DNA of 64,000 bases from Methanocellales archaeon (GCA_028715985.1 JAQUQR010000004.1:73223-137222); one strand, 5' to 3'. Positions 20,748 to 33,506 are shown, numbered from the stretch's first letter. Translations and numbers: made by a program. Notes: generated by a model not told the origin, from the sequence alone.

Positions 20748-21488
20748 ATGATGGGGCCAGTACAAATGGCTTATGATAGGGCTATAACGGTTTTCAGTCC
20801 GGATGGGCGATTGTTCCAAGTGGAATATGCAAGGGAAGCTGTGAAAAGAGGAACAACTGCGGTCGGTATAAAGGCAAAAGACGGAGTTGTCCTCCTAGTG
20901 GATAAAAGAATTACCAGCAGGCTGCTTGAGCCGCCATCTGTAGAGAAGATATTTCAGATAGATGATCACATAGGTGCGGCTGCATCTGGTCTGGTGGCAG
21001 ACGCCAGGATACTGATCGACAGAGGGCGTGTAGAGGCTCAGATAAACCGGGTGGTTTATAATGAGTCCATTGGTGTGGAGACTCTGGCCAAGAAGATTTG
21101 TGACCATATGCAATCTTACACTCAGTTTGGTGGCGTCAGACCATATGGAACCGCAATGCTCATAGCGGGCATCAATGGCGATTCCATCTCCCTTTTCGAG
21201 ACGGATCCATCTGGCACATTACTGGAGTACAAGGCGACTGGTATAGGGGATGGGAGGAACACTGCCATAGAGGTTTTCGAGGAGCAATATAAGGACGATC
21301 TTGACCTTGATGAGGCCATACTACTAGGGCTTGAAGCCTTATACAAGGCGACAGAAGGAAAAATCGATGCGCAGACGGTAGAAGTCGGTATCATCGAATC
21401 CGAGATTAGGCTGTTCAAAAAATTGGCGCCAGAAGAGGTTAAGGTTTACGTCCAGCAAATTCTCGACCGTCACGTTTCTAAAAAATAG
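20748..21488 (+). CDS. psmA: Proteasome alpha subunit
   Basis: [27 protein letters not shown]. Confidence 0.98.
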   Translation: MMGPVQMAYDRAITVFSPDGRLFQVEYAREAVKRGTTAVGIKAKDGVVLLVDKRITSRLLEPPSVEKIFQIDDHIGAAASGLVADARILIDRGRVEAQINRVVYNESIGVETLAKKICDHMQSYTQFGGVRPYGTAMLIAGINGDSISLFETDPSGTLLEYKATGIGDGRNTAIEVFEEQYKDDLDLDEAILLGLEALYKATEGKIDAQTVEVGIIESEIRLFKKLAPEEVKVYVQQILDRHVSKK

Positions 21489-21497
21489 GCGGTTTTA

Positions 21498-22199
21498 ATG
21501 GTCACCCTTGATGAAGCCGTAGTTGCTAGATATAAAACTCATGGATTACATTTCGAAATTTTAGTCGATCCAGAGGCAGCATTGGCGTTGAAAAGAGGCG
21601 AAGACGTGAATATCGAGAAAATATTGGCTGTAGAAGATATATTTGAGGATGCATCAGCTGGGGATCGAGTTGCAGATGATAAGCTTATGACAGTCTTCGG
21701 GACGACCGAGGTGTACGCGATCTCCAAGGAGATAATATCTCATGGGGAGATCCAGCTCACATCTGAGCAAAGGAGAAGGATGCAAGAAAATAAACGCAAG
21801 CGGGTGATAGATATAATAACGAGGAACGCATTTAACCCGCAAACGCGCGCTCCGCATCCCCCCTCCAGAATAGAAAAAGCTATGGAGGAGGCAGGCATCC
21901 ATATCGATCCCTTCAAGAGCGACGATGAAATGGTCAACGAGGTTATGAAAAAAATCAGGCCGATAATACCCATTCGTTTCGATGAGGTGAATATAGCGGT
22001 CAAGATTCCTGCTGAATATGCTGGCAAATCCTATGGTGCAGTCCAGGGCTTTGGACAATTGGTGAAGGAAGAATGGCAAAGTGACGGGTCGTGGGTAGCT
22101 ATAATAAAAATTCCCGCCGGCATACAGGGTGAGTTCTACGACTTGGTGAACAATCTCACAAAGGGTAATGCCGAGACCAAATTGATGAGGCAAGCATGA
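21498..22199 (+). CDS. sbdS: Ribosome assembly factor SBDS/Sdo1
   Basis: HFEILVDP, GEIQLT, NPQT.APHPP.RIE. Confidence 0.95.
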   Translation: MVTLDEAVVARYKTHGLHFEILVDPEAALALKRGEDVNIEKILAVEDIFEDASAGDRVADDKLMTVFGTTEVYAISKEIISHGEIQLTSEQRRRMQENKRKRVIDIITRNAFNPQTRAPHPPSRIEKAMEEAGIHIDPFKSDDEMVNEVMKKIRPIIPIRFDEVNIAVKIPAEYAGKSYGAVQGFGQLVKEEWQSDGSWVAIIKIPAGIQGEFYDLVNNLTKGNAETKLMRQA

Positions 22200-22864
22200 A
22201 ACTGGTTATTCCCGGTGACTTACTTTCTGATGATGTCAAGCGGGCAGGGGAGGGCACATATGTTGCAGGTGGAGAGGTACATGCATCGGTATATGGAATC
22301 TTAGATCAAAAAGAGCTCAGGGTTATTCCCCTATCTGGAAAGTATATGCCACATACTGGCGATAATGTGATCGGAAAAGTGGTTGACATCAGCTTTTCAA
22401 ACTGGGTCGTCGACATCAATTCGCCTTATGAAGCGCTTCTGCACATATCAGAGCATCCGGATCGCATATATCCGTTTGATATGGGTCAGCATCTTGATAT
22501 AGGTGATTTGTTCATTGCAAAGGTAAAAGATGTAGATGCTACCATGAGGGTAGACCTCACGGTGGAAACGTTCAATCCACTACGAAGTGGTAGGATAATC
22601 CAGATCTCTCATACCCGGATACCTCGGGTGATAGGGCGAGGGGGCTCCATGATTAATTTGCTGAAAAAGGAGCTGGATTGTAACATATTTATCGGTCAAA
22701 ACGGTCGTATTTGGGTCAATGGTAAAGAGGATGATATGGATCTAGCTATCCAGACTTTGTTAAAAATAGAGCGAGAATCGCATACGGCTGGACTAACAGA
22801 TATAGTTAGGGATATGATAAAAACAGCGAAAAGAGAAAGGAAGGAAGGGAGAAATAGAGTATGA
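22196..22864 (+). CDS. rrp4: Exosome RNA-binding subunit Rrp4
   Basis: VIPGDLL; S1 and KH domains ([19 protein letters not shown]). Confidence 0.95.
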   Translation: MKLVIPGDLLSDDVKRAGEGTYVAGGEVHASVYGILDQKELRVIPLSGKYMPHTGDNVIGKVVDISFSNWVVDINSPYEALLHISEHPDRIYPFDMGQHLDIGDLFIAKVKDVDATMRVDLTVETFNPLRSGRIIQISHTRIPRVIGRGGSMINLLKKELDCNIFIGQNGRIWVNGKEDDMDLAIQTLLKIERESHTAGLTDIVRDMIKTAKRERKEGRNRV

Positions 22865-23583
22865 GTGATAAGCCCAACAAACTTATAGAAAACGGAAAAA
22901 GGCTCGATGGAAGAAAGGTAGACGAGCTTAGGCCTATCAGGATGGAGGTAGGCGTTCTAAAGCGAGCGGATGGCTCTTGTTATATGGAACTTGGCGGAAA
23001 TAAGGTAATTGCCGCAGTATATGGACCTAGGGCAGTTCATCCACGCCATCTTCAGGAAGCCACTCAGGTGATCCTTCGCTATCGATACGATATGGCATCT
23101 TTCTCTGTGAAAGAGAGGAAAAGGCCTGGACCAGACAGAAGGTCGATAGAAATATCTAAGGTGAGCAGAGAAGCCCTAGCACCTGTAATCCTAAAAGAAT
23201 ATTTCCCTAGGTCAGTCATAGACATCTTTGTGGAAATACTGCAAGCGGATGCAGGTACGCGGACAGCTGGAATCAATGCCTCATCAGTTGCATTGGCAGA
23301 TGCGGGCATTCCCATGCGAGGTATCGTATCTTCATGCGCTGTCGGGAAAGTGGACGGAGAGATCGTTCTAGATTTGACAGGTGCAGAGGACAATTATGGG
23401 GAAGCAGATATGCCGATTGCGATGACACAGGACGGTAAGGTCACTCTATTGCAAATGGATGGTCACTTGACCAAAGAAGAATTTACAAGGGCAATTGAGC
23501 TGGCTAAAAAAGGCTGCAAAGAGATATATGAAGTGCAGCGAAGTGCACTGATCTCAAAATACGAAGGTGTTAATAATGTCTGA
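22861..23583 (+). CDS. rrp41: Exosome exonuclease Rrp41
   Basis: [32 protein letters not shown]. Confidence 0.97.
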   Translation: MSDKPNKLIENGKRLDGRKVDELRPIRMEVGVLKRADGSCYMELGGNKVIAAVYGPRAVHPRHLQEATQVILRYRYDMASFSVKERKRPGPDRRSIEISKVSREALAPVILKEYFPRSVIDIFVEILQADAGTRTAGINASSVALADAGIPMRGIVSSCAVGKVDGEIVLDLTGAEDNYGEADMPIAMTQDGKVTLLQMDGHLTKEEFTRAIELAKKGCKEIYEVQRSALISKYEGVNNV

Positions 23584-24394
23584 TGATATCATTGCAGAGA
23601 TTAAGAGGGATTATATTTACAATCTTGCCAAGAAGGGCAAGCGAGTGGATGGGAGAGCCTTTGACGAATATCGCCAAATAGGGGTTGAGACTAGGATTAT
23701 AGATAATGCAGAAGGCTCAGCAAAAGTCAAAATAGGGAATACCCAGGTCGTCGTGGGCGTAAAGATACAGCCTGGCAAACCTTTCCCGGATACACCCGAT
23801 CAAGGTGCAATCATCACGAATGCTGAGTTCGCTCCGATCGCATCGCCCTCCTTCGAGCCAGGTCCTCCGGATGAGAACGCTACGGAATTAGCAAGAGTTG
23901 TGGATCGTGGTGTGAGAGAATCAGGGGCGATAGATTTGACAAAGCTGTGCATTACTGAGGGCGAGGATATTTGGACGGTCTTCATTGATGTCTACGTGCT
24001 TGACCATGATGGAAATCTTATGGATGCATCAGCATTGGGTGCCATTGCTGCTTTGTTAAATACAAAACTTCCAAATGTGAGGTACGGGTTAGGTGAGGAA
24101 GATGTTCCGTTACCAATAAATGATCTTCCAGTCGCTATCACAGCTGCGGATATAGATGGGGAAATCATACTCGACCCGAGTTTGGATGAAGAATTAATCG
24201 CATCCACTCTGATCACGATCATAACAGGCAAGGACGGCTCCTTAGCTGGAATACAAAAAAGCGGAATGGGACCTCTAACATTTGATCAGATCTTTCATAT
24301 TACAGATCTTGTGTATAAAAAGGCAAAAGATATAAGGGAGAAATACTTGGAGATAGTTGATGACCAGAGCCGGGAAGAAGGGAAAAAAGACTAG
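23576..24394 (+). CDS. rrp42: Exosome subunit Rrp42
   Basis: [36 protein letters not shown] at 23576. Confidence 0.96.
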   Translation: MSDDIIAEIKRDYIYNLAKKGKRVDGRAFDEYRQIGVETRIIDNAEGSAKVKIGNTQVVVGVKIQPGKPFPDTPDQGAIITNAEFAPIASPSFEPGPPDENATELARVVDRGVRESGAIDLTKLCITEGEDIWTVFIDVYVLDHDGNLMDASALGAIAALLNTKLPNVRYGLGEEDVPLPINDLPVAITAADIDGEIILDPSLDEELIASTLITIITGKDGSLAGIQKSGMGPLTFDQIFHITDLVYKKAKDIREKYLEIVDDQSREEGKKD

Positions 24395-24641
24395 ATCTGC
24401 AGGGCGTTTTGGGCCTCGATATGGGCGAAAAGTTAGGAAAATGGTAGCAGATATTGAGGATATCATGCATTCCGCGCATGAATGTCCACAATGCGGTAGA
24501 AAATCCGTATCTCGGGTTAGCACTGGCATTTGGTCTTGTTCGAAATGCAAAAAAACATTTGCTGGAGGCACCTATGCTCCTCAAACGCCTATGGGGAAAT
24601 CCATAAACAGGTCCCTGGCAAAAGTTGAAGAAGAGGCGTAA
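24360..24641 (+). CDS. rpl37ae: 50S ribosomal protein L37Ae
   Basis: [17 protein letters not shown]...[15 protein letters not shown]. Confidence 0.97.
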   Translation: MTRAGKKGKKTRSAGRFGPRYGRKVRKMVADIEDIMHSAHECPQCGRKSVSRVSTGIWSCSKCKKTFAGGTYAPQTPMGKSINRSLAKVEEEA

Positions 24642-24644
24642 CCG

Positions 24645-24782
24645 GTGTCCTACAAATGCGCTAGATGCAAGCGGGAGGTAGAAGTTGACCAGGAGTATGG
24701 CGGAATTAGGTGCCCCTATTGTGGACATCGGGTGCTTTTAAAAGAGCGCCCCACAGTAATCAAGCGAGTTAAAGCTAGATGA
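24645..24782 (+). CDS. rpoP: RNA polymerase subunit P (Rpo12), 45 aa, absent from the ORF track
   Basis: Manual translation from GTG gives [45 protein letters not shown]; canonical position after rpl37ae. Confidence 0.95.
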   Translation: MSYKCARCKREVEVDQEYGGIRCPYCGHRVLLKERPTVIKRVKAR

Positions 24783-24783
24783 T

Positions 24784-25020
24784 ATGACGACATATAGCGA
24801 GTTCGAGATTGAATTAAGGGAACATGCAGACATCATCTATAACTCGCTGCTTCCTGAGCTAAGAAATATACCTTCGCAGAGATCCAATATCAGTTTGGCT
24901 CTTGAGGGAGATACGATCAAGCTTCGGGCAGAAGCAGAAGATATAGTCTCTCTTAGAGCTTTACTGAATACATGGTTAAGGTTTATTAAGGTCGCATATG
25001 ATATGGTTGTGATAAAATGA
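24784..25020 (+). CDS. pcc1: KEOPS subunit Pcc1
   Basis: IYNSLLPE, AEDIVSLRALLNTWLR; synteny. Confidence 0.9.
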   Translation: MTTYSEFEIELREHADIIYNSLLPELRNIPSQRSNISLALEGDTIKLRAEAEDIVSLRALLNTWLRFIKVAYDMVVIK

Positions 25021-25382
25021 GTACTGAATTACCTCCACAGGTCCAACATCAATTGGCACAATTGCAACAAGCACAGCAGCAAGCTCAGGCTATGTTTGGG
25101 CAGAAAACCCAGGTAGAGATGATGCTTCGCGATACAGAGCGGGCGTTAGAGGAGCTGGAGAAGTTGGACGACAAGGCAGCGATCTATAAAATCGTCGGCG
25201 AACTGCTCATTAAATCGGAAAAAAGTGCAACTCAAGTGGAGTTGGCAGAGAAAAAAGAGACCCTTGATCTAAGGCTAAAAACTCTGGAAAGACAAGAGAA
25301 GCGAATTCAAAAGAGACTTCAAGAACTACAGGAGCAGCTGCTACCCTTGTTGCGCAAAGAAGGCGAGAAGAGGGCAGGTTGA
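25017..25382 (+). CDS. pfdB: Prefoldin beta subunit
   Basis: ELPPQVQ.QL.QLQQ, IYKIVGELLIK; coiled coils. Confidence 0.95.
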   Translation: MSTELPPQVQHQLAQLQQAQQQAQAMFGQKTQVEMMLRDTERALEELEKLDDKAAIYKIVGELLIKSEKSATQVELAEKKETLDLRLKTLERQEKRIQKRLQELQEQLLPLLRKEGEKRAG

Positions 25383-25577
25383 GGATTGATCATATTTATT
25401 ATTTAATCCCTAATCGAAACCGTTCTTGATAAAAATTGATAACTGTACTGTATGGATCATACCTTGGGTTTTTGCGGTGCGATAATGGGCTGAAAAAGCC
25501 TGCGGGCAATATCACCAATCAACAAACAAATGAAATGCAATTGAGAACTGTAAAAAATTCTGAGCCCAGTCTAACGG

Positions 25578-27098
25578 TCATCCTTTCTTTATCATCAGCC
25601 TATTTATGGCGCTTACCAATGCCTCAACCGAAGCCATTACGATATCTTCTCTGGCGGCTCTTGCGGTCACAATATTGCCTTTTTTATCCTCCACTCCGAT
25701 GATCACCTCTGCCAGTGCATCAGATCCGCCGGTTATTGCCTCTATCCTAAAGTCTCGCAGCTTTATGCTTGCATCCTCACCCAAGATCGTCTGCACCGCG
25801 CAAAGAGCGGCATCTACCGGTCCGACTCCAGTTTGGGCGCCAATCTTTGGTTTCCCATTAACGACTGCTTTTATGGATGCCGTTGGTGTGATCTTGTTTC
25901 CTGTCATGACCGAGACCTCTTCTAACACTATTGCCTGCTCTCCTTTTGCGACCTCACCCATGATTACCTCCGCAATGGTATACAGGTCCGCATCTGTCAC
26001 CCTCTTTCCTTTGTCGCCGAGGTCCTTAATTCGTTGCATTATCTCTGCTAGTTGGCCATCTGTCGGATTTAGCCCCGCACTGGTTAGCATTTGTTTTACG
26101 GCATGTTTGCCAGCGTGTTTGCCTGCCACTATTCGGCGCACATGTCCAACCATCTCGGGCGTCATAACACCTGGCTCAAAGGTATCGGCTCTCATCAAAA
26201 CGCCATGTGTATGTATCCCAGATTCATGGGAAAATGCATTATCCCCAACGATGGGCGTATTTGGAGGAACTTGAATTCCCGACAGCCTTTCTACCAATCG
26301 TGATGTTTCCACCAAGTATTTCGTTTGAATGTTCGTTCTCAATTTATAAATCGAGTGCAAGCTCATTACAGTCTCAGCAAGGTCTGCATTTCCTGCTCTC
26401 TCTCCCAGACTGTTTACGGATGTCTGTACCTGACGAGCACCCGCCTCTACCGCCGCTAGGGAATTCGCTACAGCCAGCCCGAAATCGTTATGACAATGTA
26501 CATCGATGGGAACTTTCACGGTGTTATAGACCTTTTCGATCAACTCTTTCATGGCTGAAGGATATGTTATGCCAACGGTATCTGGAACGTTGATAGTATC
26601 AGCTCCCGCCTTTTCGACTTCTTTGTAGACCCTGAGCAAGTAGTCAGTGTTCGTTCGAGTGGCATCCATCGCCGAGAAAAGACACTCTACCCCATGCTCT
26701 TTGATGTATTCTACCGCCTCTACGGCCAGTTGCAATACTTCTTCTTTGCTTTTCTCTATCGTATACTGAATCTGAATATCAGAGGTTGGGATGAAGGTGT
26801 GTACTATGTCCACATTGCAATCAAGGCATGCATCGATATCGGGTTTATTTACCCTCGCTAATCCGCATATCTTGGCATGCAATCCAGCACTTACGACACT
26901 CTCCACAGACTTCTTTTCACCCTTTGATGAAATGGGAAACCCCGCCTCTATTATGTCAACGCCTAATTTGTCTAGTTGGCGAGCTATGAGGAGTTTATCC
27001 TCGGTTTTTAATGAAACTCCTGGCGTTTGCTCTCCATCCCTAAGTGTAGTGTCAAAGATCTGGATGTGTTTGTGCATGTGCATCATGTATATCATCAA
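25578..27098 (-). CDS. leuA: 2-isopropylmalate synthase (LeuA/CimA family)
   Basis: [33 protein letters not shown]; regulatory domain G.GPVDA. CimA is not excluded, and the true start may be a downstream Met. Confidence 0.8.
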   Translation of the reverse strand: MMIYMMHMHKHIQIFDTTLRDGEQTPGVSLKTEDKLLIARQLDKLGVDIIEAGFPISSKGEKKSVESVVSAGLHAKICGLARVNKPDIDACLDCNVDIVHTFIPTSDIQIQYTIEKSKEEVLQLAVEAVEYIKEHGVECLFSAMDATRTNTDYLLRVYKEVEKAGADTINVPDTVGITYPSAMKELIEKVYNTVKVPIDVHCHNDFGLAVANSLAAVEAGARQVQTSVNSLGERAGNADLAETVMSLHSIYKLRTNIQTKYLVETSRLVERLSGIQVPPNTPIVGDNAFSHESGIHTHGVLMRADTFEPGVMTPEMVGHVRRIVAGKHAGKHAVKQMLTSAGLNPTDGQLAEIMQRIKDLGDKGKRVTDADLYTIAEVIMGEVAKGEQAIVLEEVSVMTGNKITPTASIKAVVNGKPKIGAQTGVGPVDAALCAVQTILGEDASIKLRDFRIEAITGGSDALAEVIIGVEDKKGNIVTARAAREDIVMASVEALVSAINRLMIKKG

Positions 27099-27172
27099 TT
27101 GGATTGATATAGTTTATAAATTTGTGGATTAAAAATATGGTCGTTGGCCTAAATACATCGGGGCTGGAGGAG

Positions 27173-27580
27173 ATGAAAAAAATTTTAATCGCATATGACG
27201 GATCTGAGGATTCGAAGAGGGCCCTTGATTGGGCAGTGGAATTGGCAAAATGTACCGAGTCCAGCATCACCATTCTGACGGTAGTGCCCTCTGCTATGAG
27301 AATGTTTGCTTTTGCTGATATAGTCACCCCAGGTACTTTTAAGAGTCAAGCGCTAAACATGGTGCAGGAGGCAGCGAAGCGCATTCAAGGCATTCCAGTC
27401 ACATGCATTCTACGAGAGGGCGACATAGCGGACGAAATTCTGAGGACATCTGAAGATTTAGGATGCGACTTAATCGTTATGGGTCGCAGGGGACTTGGCA
27501 AAATAGACCGATTCTTGCTGGGTAGTGTCGCCGAAAAGGTTGTCAAGCACTCCTCAAAAACGGTCTTAATGGTGAGGTGA
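27173..27580 (+). CDS. Universal stress protein
   Basis: KKILIAYDGSEDS, DLIVMGRRG, LLGSVAEKVV; GGAGGAG RBS before ATG 27173. Confidence 0.92.
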   Translation: MKKILIAYDGSEDSKRALDWAVELAKCTESSITILTVVPSAMRMFAFADIVTPGTFKSQALNMVQEAAKRIQGIPVTCILREGDIADEILRTSEDLGCDLIVMGRRGLGKIDRFLLGSVAEKVVKHSSKTVLMVR

Positions 27581-27632
27581 CTCATATCGCAATCCTTATT
27601 GTTTGAGACGAATGATAAAATGAGGAGTTATC

Positions 27633-28559
27633 GTGGTTTTACCAGACATACAAGCAAATAGGCCAGAAGTCTTAATAAACCTAACAAGGGTAGGCGTTAC
27701 AGGAGTTAAAAAACTTGTAGAAGTCGCTCGAAAAGAAAAGAGATCGATCATCCTCCTCTCAACGTTTGACATCTTCGTTGATTTGCCGCCTGATAGGAAG
27801 GGCGCCAATTTATCACGCAACTTTGAGGCGATCGATGAGGTGCTCGAGGAGGCAACTTCCTCGCCAGTCTACGATACAGAAGAACTCTGTGTTGTAATTG
27901 CACGGAATCTTTTAAATCGGCATGAATATGCTTCTCGGGCAGAGATAAAGATGCGCAGTGAATATATAGTGAAACGAAAGACACCTGCTACAAATGTTAG
28001 GTGCCAAGAGGTCGTAGACATTTTTGCAGGGGCCATTGCTACTAGATCGGACAGGAAGATCAGAAAGACCGTCGGCGTGGAAGTGGTTGGTATGACCACA
28101 TGCCCTTGCGTGCAGGAAATCATGCGTGAGAAGGCCCGAGATGAGATGGAGAAGTTGGGCATTCCCCCTGAGAAAATCGAATCCTTCCTCGATAAAGTGC
28201 CCATGGCCACCCATAACCAGCGAGGGCGCGGGTTTATTTCCATTGAAGTACACGATAGTTATGAAGTTCGGCTTGAGAGACTGATGGACATTATCGAGAG
28301 TTCGATGAGCTCTCAAATCTACGAATTGCTGAAAAGATCGGATGAAACCTTCATAGTAGAGACCGCGCACAGAAATCCAAGATTTGTGGAGGATTGCGTG
28401 AGAATCATGGCACAAAAGATCGTTCAAGAATTCAAGGATTTGCCAGATGACTCCCTTGTGACCATCAGACAGACGAACGAGGAAAGCATCCATCAACACA
28501 ATGCGTTCGCAGAGAGGATTGCCACGTTGAAAGAGCTTAGATACGAGCTTTCTGTTTAA
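27633..28559 (+). CDS. mptA: GTP cyclohydrolase MptA (methanopterin biosynthesis)
   Basis: [43 protein letters not shown]. Confidence 0.93.
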   Translation: MVLPDIQANRPEVLINLTRVGVTGVKKLVEVARKEKRSIILLSTFDIFVDLPPDRKGANLSRNFEAIDEVLEEATSSPVYDTEELCVVIARNLLNRHEYASRAEIKMRSEYIVKRKTPATNVRCQEVVDIFAGAIATRSDRKIRKTVGVEVVGMTTCPCVQEIMREKARDEMEKLGIPPEKIESFLDKVPMATHNQRGRGFISIEVHDSYEVRLERLMDIIESSMSSQIYELLKRSDETFIVETAHRNPRFVEDCVRIMAQKIVQEFKDLPDDSLVTIRQTNEESIHQHNAFAERIATLKELRYELSV

Positions 28560-31348
28560 TCGTGCCAGAACCTCTTGGTTTTAGTGTATTCTCTTTCTGC
28601 CATCAGAATCTCTCTGTAAAAATCTTCCTCATCCCTTAATCTGCGGATCACCCTAGATGCGCTCTTGGGTCCGAGCCCCCTGCTTGCTAATGCAATGACC
28701 GCAGTTTTTCCATGGGATAGGACGAGATTTGCATTCCCATACACTCTCTGGACCCGTTTTTTATCCTCTTCGGATCTAAGTTTATCAGGGCGCTTGGTGA
28801 TTTTTATTTCTTCTTTCTCCCAAGGTTTTAGTGCAGCTATCATCCTTGAGTTACAGAGTGGGCATTCCGGCCTTTCAGGTACTTGTTTGACCTTACGTTG
28901 AGAAAGCCATTTTTTACAGTTTACGCAGAAAAGTATGATCCTATCGTTCATGATCCGCTCCTTTAGCGCAAGTAAAATCGATCCATCCGCTTTTTCAGGA
29001 GCTATCAGTTCCTTGCTGGATTCTCGGCCTGCAAGTCCAATCGGGCTAACTCCAGATGTAACAAGCTCAATCTCTCCAGAAAGCATTTTTTCTAGGACAC
29101 CCTCTGTCTTGGGAATGTTTAATTTGTCTAGGAAGATCTCCCTCATCGTTGCATCATATAGGGGGGTGTCAGTGAAAACATCAAGCAGTTTGTCGTCAAC
29201 GAACCGGTAATCTGTATCGCGGCTAAAAACTCCGAATTTTCTTGCGACATGGACCATCTTCCACTTGAAAAGCGCGGTGCTCTTAAGTGTCATTTCGATG
29301 ATTGGCTCGATATACTCTGGCTTTATGTCCAGTATCAGCTCCTTTATCTGTCCTGCGGAAAGTTTTCTTGGCAACTCGAGTTCAATTCTGTAGGGATCGA
29401 TTTCCATTGCCACGCTGCTGCCAAAGCGTGCGGTTAGCAATGAGACGATCACTCGCCCCAGCGTCTCGTTCACCTTATGCCCAAAACAGGCGTTTATTAT
29501 TATCGTTCTGTTTTCACATTCGATGACAGCACAACTATCCGTCGGAATCGGGTAGTTGCCCTCGGTTTGTTCTTGGACGAGTTTTATCAGCTTTTTGGCA
29601 GTGCTGGCATCAGTGGGATAAGTCTTCATGAGTTCCTCGGCTGCATCCTCTTTCTTTTCTAGCATTGAAGCCACTCTAGCTCGGATGCGTCCAACCTCTT
29701 GCGCCACCTCATAAGGGACGGGAATTTCCTCTCCGATCCAAGAAGGAATTTCTCCGCTTGGGTCTTCAACTGGCTCCACTTTTATCTGATCTTCAGCCAT
29801 CTCAACTACCCGCCACATATCCCCCTTCGTGATGAAGGTCGCTCCAGGAGATGCGAAGTTGACCACAAATGCCTCATCCAAGGTCCCAATAAAGCGCCCA
29901 CCGATGACGTCATATATGTCATAGTTCTTCTTGTCAGGGATCATGGATAAGTTCTCATAGAAGTACTGCCTTGTTCTGCGATTTTGCCCTAGGGTATTTT
30001 CATCAAACCAGATGATTCGTTGCTCTTTTAACTGCTGGATGATTTGAAGCAATAATTCATGTGTGATTTTCCTGAAAGGATAGGACCTACGTATTATGGA
30101 GAAAATTTTTTCAAGGGAGACATGCCCAAATTGAAGAGCCATTCCGCAAATCTGGTTTGCGAGCGTATCGCCTGCATCGTGTAGTTCTATCGATTCGATT
30201 TCATCTTCATAAGCTCTGCGTACTATGGCCCATGCTTCTGCAATGTCATCTGGGTTGGTGGCTATGATCGTTCCCTTTGAGGTCTCACCCACCTTATGTC
30301 CCGATCTGCCCACTCTTTGCAATAAGCGAGTCACCTGCTTTGGTGATGCATATTGTATCACCTGATCTACCTTGCCTATGTCGATGCCCAGCTCCATCGA
30401 AGACGTGCATATCAACGCTTTCAGGTCACCCCGCTTAAATGCATCCTCTGCCTCAACTCTCATCTCTTTTGATAGAGAGCTATGGTGCACGCCTATGTTG
30501 GAACCAAGCATACGAAATCTTGATCCAAGTGCTTCTGCAGACTGACGCGTGTTCACGAAGATTAACGTGGATTTATGTTTCTCGATAAGGTCGCTCATGC
30601 AGCTTAGATGGGCCACTATCTCTGGGTCAGTCATCATTCTTTTCGCCTTTTTTATGTCCTCGGGCGATGCACTTGGGATGATGACTTTGAAGTCGAGCAA
30701 TTTTGATATGGACACCTCAACGATTTCTACATCCCTATCCGCCCCTACCAAGAATTTTGCAATCTCCTCCGGCGAGCCAACAGTTGCAGACAGTCCTATT
30801 CTCTGAAATTCTCCTGCAACTTCAACTAGTCGCTCCAATCCGATTGCGAGTTGAGCACCCCGTGGGGAGCTGGCTATTTCATGAACTTCATCCACGACTA
30901 CATAAGAAACATCCGCTAGGTTTTCACGCAGTCTTTTTCCTGTTAGCATCGCTTGTAATGTCTCTGGTGTTGTGATCAGCATGTCCGGGGGATTCGTCGC
31001 TTGTCTCCTTCTTTCATGGTCTAGGGTGTCTCCGTGCCTAACGGCAATATCAATGCCGAACTTAGTGCTCCACCATTCCATTCTCTTGAGCATGTCCCTG
31101 TTCAATGCTCTGAGCGGAGTGATGTATAATGCGGAAATTCCTTTTTTATCTCTCCGGAGAAGATGATGAAAAATTGGTAGCACGGCAGACTCAGTCTTAC
31201 CAGAGCCCGTGGGTGCGATGAGAAGGACGTTTTTACCTCTTAACACTATGGGGATGGCTTTCTCCTGCGGTTCAGTGGGCACTAAAAAATCTCTCTCTCT
31301 GAGTGCTTCTTTAATCCTTGTATCCAGAGGGTCAAATGCTGTCATCAT
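28556..31348 (-). CDS. lhr: Lhr-family SF2 helicase with C-terminal Zn-binding region
   Basis: [42 protein letters not shown]; CxxC...CPLC near the C-terminus. Confidence 0.9.
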   Translation of the reverse strand: MMTAFDPLDTRIKEALRERDFLVPTEPQEKAIPIVLRGKNVLLIAPTGSGKTESAVLPIFHHLLRRDKKGISALYITPLRALNRDMLKRMEWWSTKFGIDIAVRHGDTLDHERRRQATNPPDMLITTPETLQAMLTGKRLRENLADVSYVVVDEVHEIASSPRGAQLAIGLERLVEVAGEFQRIGLSATVGSPEEIAKFLVGADRDVEIVEVSISKLLDFKVIIPSASPEDIKKAKRMMTDPEIVAHLSCMSDLIEKHKSTLIFVNTRQSAEALGSRFRMLGSNIGVHHSSLSKEMRVEAEDAFKRGDLKALICTSSMELGIDIGKVDQVIQYASPKQVTRLLQRVGRSGHKVGETSKGTIIATNPDDIAEAWAIVRRAYEDEIESIELHDAGDTLANQICGMALQFGHVSLEKIFSIIRRSYPFRKITHELLLQIIQQLKEQRIIWFDENTLGQNRRTRQYFYENLSMIPDKKNYDIYDVIGGRFIGTLDEAFVVNFASPGATFITKGDMWRVVEMAEDQIKVEPVEDPSGEIPSWIGEEIPVPYEVAQEVGRIRARVASMLEKKEDAAEELMKTYPTDASTAKKLIKLVQEQTEGNYPIPTDSCAVIECENRTIIINACFGHKVNETLGRVIVSLLTARFGSSVAMEIDPYRIELELPRKLSAGQIKELILDIKPEYIEPIIEMTLKSTALFKWKMVHVARKFGVFSRDTDYRFVDDKLLDVFTDTPLYDATMREIFLDKLNIPKTEGVLEKMLSGEIELVTSGVSPIGLAGRESSKELIAPEKADGSILLALKERIMNDRIILFCVNCKKWLSQRKVKQVPERPECPLCNSRMIAALKPWEKEEIKITKRPDKLRSEEDKKRVQRVYGNANLVLSHGKTAVIALASRGLGPKSASRVIRRLRDEEDFYREILMAEREYTKTKRFWHD

Positions 31349-31728
31349 GTTATATTGTATTATATTATATTGTTTGCAATGACATCATGATCCTTCTGAT
31401 AAGTAAACTTATTCTTGTCAGCATTGCTATATGGAGACTATATGGGTCATCAATCATTCGAAAGATATTCGCATTAGGCTCAAGGATACGCCCATCTGTT
31501 ATGCTATATCAAAACTGTGAATGGTGCAGTCTGTGAATGCACTCCTTGTGGTACTTTTATAGATAATAGGTGGTTAGAACTTCTTCATCACATTCTAGGG
31601 GCGCCCACATCTTCTTCTCTTCTTTTATTTTTATATCTCATGGATAGTGGCATCCTTCATAATAGTTTTCAATTCAAATGTGGTAGCAGGATCAAGGATC
31701 GCTACAAATATCGATTGTGGACAATCCT

Positions 31729-32469
31729 TTAAACTCTCAGATTTCTGATTTTCCCGATATAGGTTCCATCCAGTAAGTATACCTCCGCACTATCTAGCTT
31801 GATTGCTCCTGAGGTGGACATCGGTCCCACTAAATCCTCATGTGAAGCCTCGTTAAAGGGTATTCCGCCGCAAAGTTCATTAAATGCAGGCATTATCGTC
31901 AAGCATCGTGAGATATTTTTATCGGCTTTCATGGAGTAGTGTTTTCTTATTACATTCTCATCAAAATTCACCCTAATCCATGCTGGTACGACTTTCCTGT
32001 AGCCCAGTCGGTCTGTAAACCGCACTGAAGGATGATTGTGCGCCATCACAACGTGTTTTGCGGATAGAATTTTGGCATATGGCCAAGCATGCCCATGAAA
32101 ATACCCTATGTCATCCCTAAGAAGACCTCTTGAGCTATGGAGTGTGATACCAGCGCCCTTAGGGATCAAAAAGCCCAGATCTCCATCATGGTTTCCTGGA
32201 ACTATGTCTATTGGTGCGCGTTTTGCCAATTCCCCCAAGAATCTGGGGATATCGCCCCGCTCTTGATATGAAATCAGGGGGATATTGTGCTTTACATCTC
32301 CGAGCAAGAGTAACCTATCTGGGCCCGTTTTTTCAATATAATCGATTATCTTAGCCAGTTGTTTCTGTGTTTGGCTGGGAATTTTGATTCCACTTTTATA
32401 GAGCTCATGCTCTATCCCGATGTGAAGGTCTGCAATTACCAATGTTTTAATTTCATTTTTCACGACCAA
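31729..32469 (-). CDS. Metallophosphoesterase (calcineurin-like)
   Basis: ADLHIG, GDVKH, PGNHDG, FHGH, AHNHP, MPAFN. The start may lie upstream at a non-canonical codon. Confidence 0.88.
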   Translation of the reverse strand: MVVKNEIKTLVIADLHIGIEHELYKSGIKIPSQTQKQLAKIIDYIEKTGPDRLLLLGDVKHNIPLISYQERGDIPRFLGELAKRAPIDIVPGNHDGDLGFLIPKGAGITLHSSRGLLRDDIGYFHGHAWPYAKILSAKHVVMAHNHPSVRFTDRLGYRKVVPAWIRVNFDENVIRKHYSMKADKNISRCLTIMPAFNELCGGIPFNEASHEDLVGPMSTSGAIKLDSAEVYLLDGTYIGKIRNLRV

Positions 32470-32657
32470 TACGGGCGCATCTAGAAGAGGCTCTATGCTA
32501 ATGCTCTCTTCAAAGCACTTTGGGCTCGTAGTACCACTTCTCCATCACAACATCTCACAGCATACAGCGCGATGATTATCAATCGTCTCAATTCTTTCAG
32601 GAAACATTCCAGAACACCAGCATATTAATGATTCAAAAGCAATAAAAAGTCATTGGA

Positions 32658-33506
32658 ATGAAAACGCATACTATACCTGTCCATAATTTCGATCTCGATC
32701 ATACGTTGCGATGTGGTCAGGTTTTTAGATGGAGAGATGATAAAGACAACTGGATTGGTATAGTAGGCAATTCAGTAATCAAGGCGAAACAGGCAGGGAA
32801 TCGTTTAATCGTAGAATCCGATCTCGATATTGGCCATGTCACGAGCTACTTTAGGCTTAATGATGATTTGGATGGCATCTATCAATGCATAAACAAGGAT
32901 GCGATGATGAACGAGGCCATCGCTATGTACCGGGGCATGCGAATAATCAAACAAGACCCATGGGAATGTCTCATCTCTTACATCTGCTCAAGACAAAATC
33001 GAATTGAAAAAATTGAGAGAACCGTTTTCCATCTCTCCAAAAATTTTGGAGATGAAATCCATTTTGACAATAAAATTTTTTATACCTTTCCCAAGCCAGA
33101 TGAGCTTGCAAAAGCAAGTTTAGATGATTTGAGAAAGTGTCAATTTCGTTTTGGGGATAAGCAAGCAGAGGAGATCAAAGGAATAGCTCAACTGGTATCT
33201 GAAGGCGGTTTTTGTCTGGAACGATTAAGAGAACTCGATTATGAAAGCGCTAAGGAAGAGCTGATGTCACTGGAAGGAGTGGGGCATAAAGTTGCAGATT
33301 GCGTTCTTTTATTTTCTTTAGATGAGCTCGAGGCCTTCCCGGTAGATGTTCATGTAAGGAGAATTGTACAGCGCGATTACTTCAGAAATAACAAAATATC
33401 GGATAAAAAACTCAGGGAATGGGCAGGGCGATATTTTGGCAAGTATGCTGGCTATGCGCAGCAGTACCTGTTCTACTACGAACGCACCAAGGAGATGCAA
33501 AGATGA
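32658..33506 (+). CDS. 8-oxoguanine DNA glycosylase (Ogg/HhH-GPD family)
   Basis: TLRCGQVFRW, QDPWECLISYICS, GVGHKVADCVLLF, FPVDVH, AGYAQQYLF. Confidence 0.9.
   Translation: MKTHTIPVHNFDLDHTLRCGQVFRWRDDKDNWIGIVGNSVIKAKQAGNRLIVESDLDIGHVTSYFRLNDDLDGIYQCINKDAMMNEAIAMYRGMRIIKQDPWECLISYICSRQNRIEKIERTVFHLSKNFGDEIHFDNKIFYTFPKPDELAKASLDDLRKCQFRFGDKQAEEIKGIAQLVSEGGFCLERLRELDYESAKEELMSLEGVGHKVADCVLLFSLDELEAFPVDVHVRRIVQRDYFRNNKISDKKLREWAGRYFGKYAGYAQQYLFYYERTKEMQR

Noticed and set aside
24360..24394. 35-nt overlap between rrp42 and rpl37ae as a recoding signal
   Set aside because: It is adequately explained by loss of a stop codon in a compact operon; no slippery site or structure is evident.
31349..31728. 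Short ORFs between lhr and the metallophosphoesterase
   Set aside because: They lack RBS and motifs, and are probably intergenic or decayed sequence.
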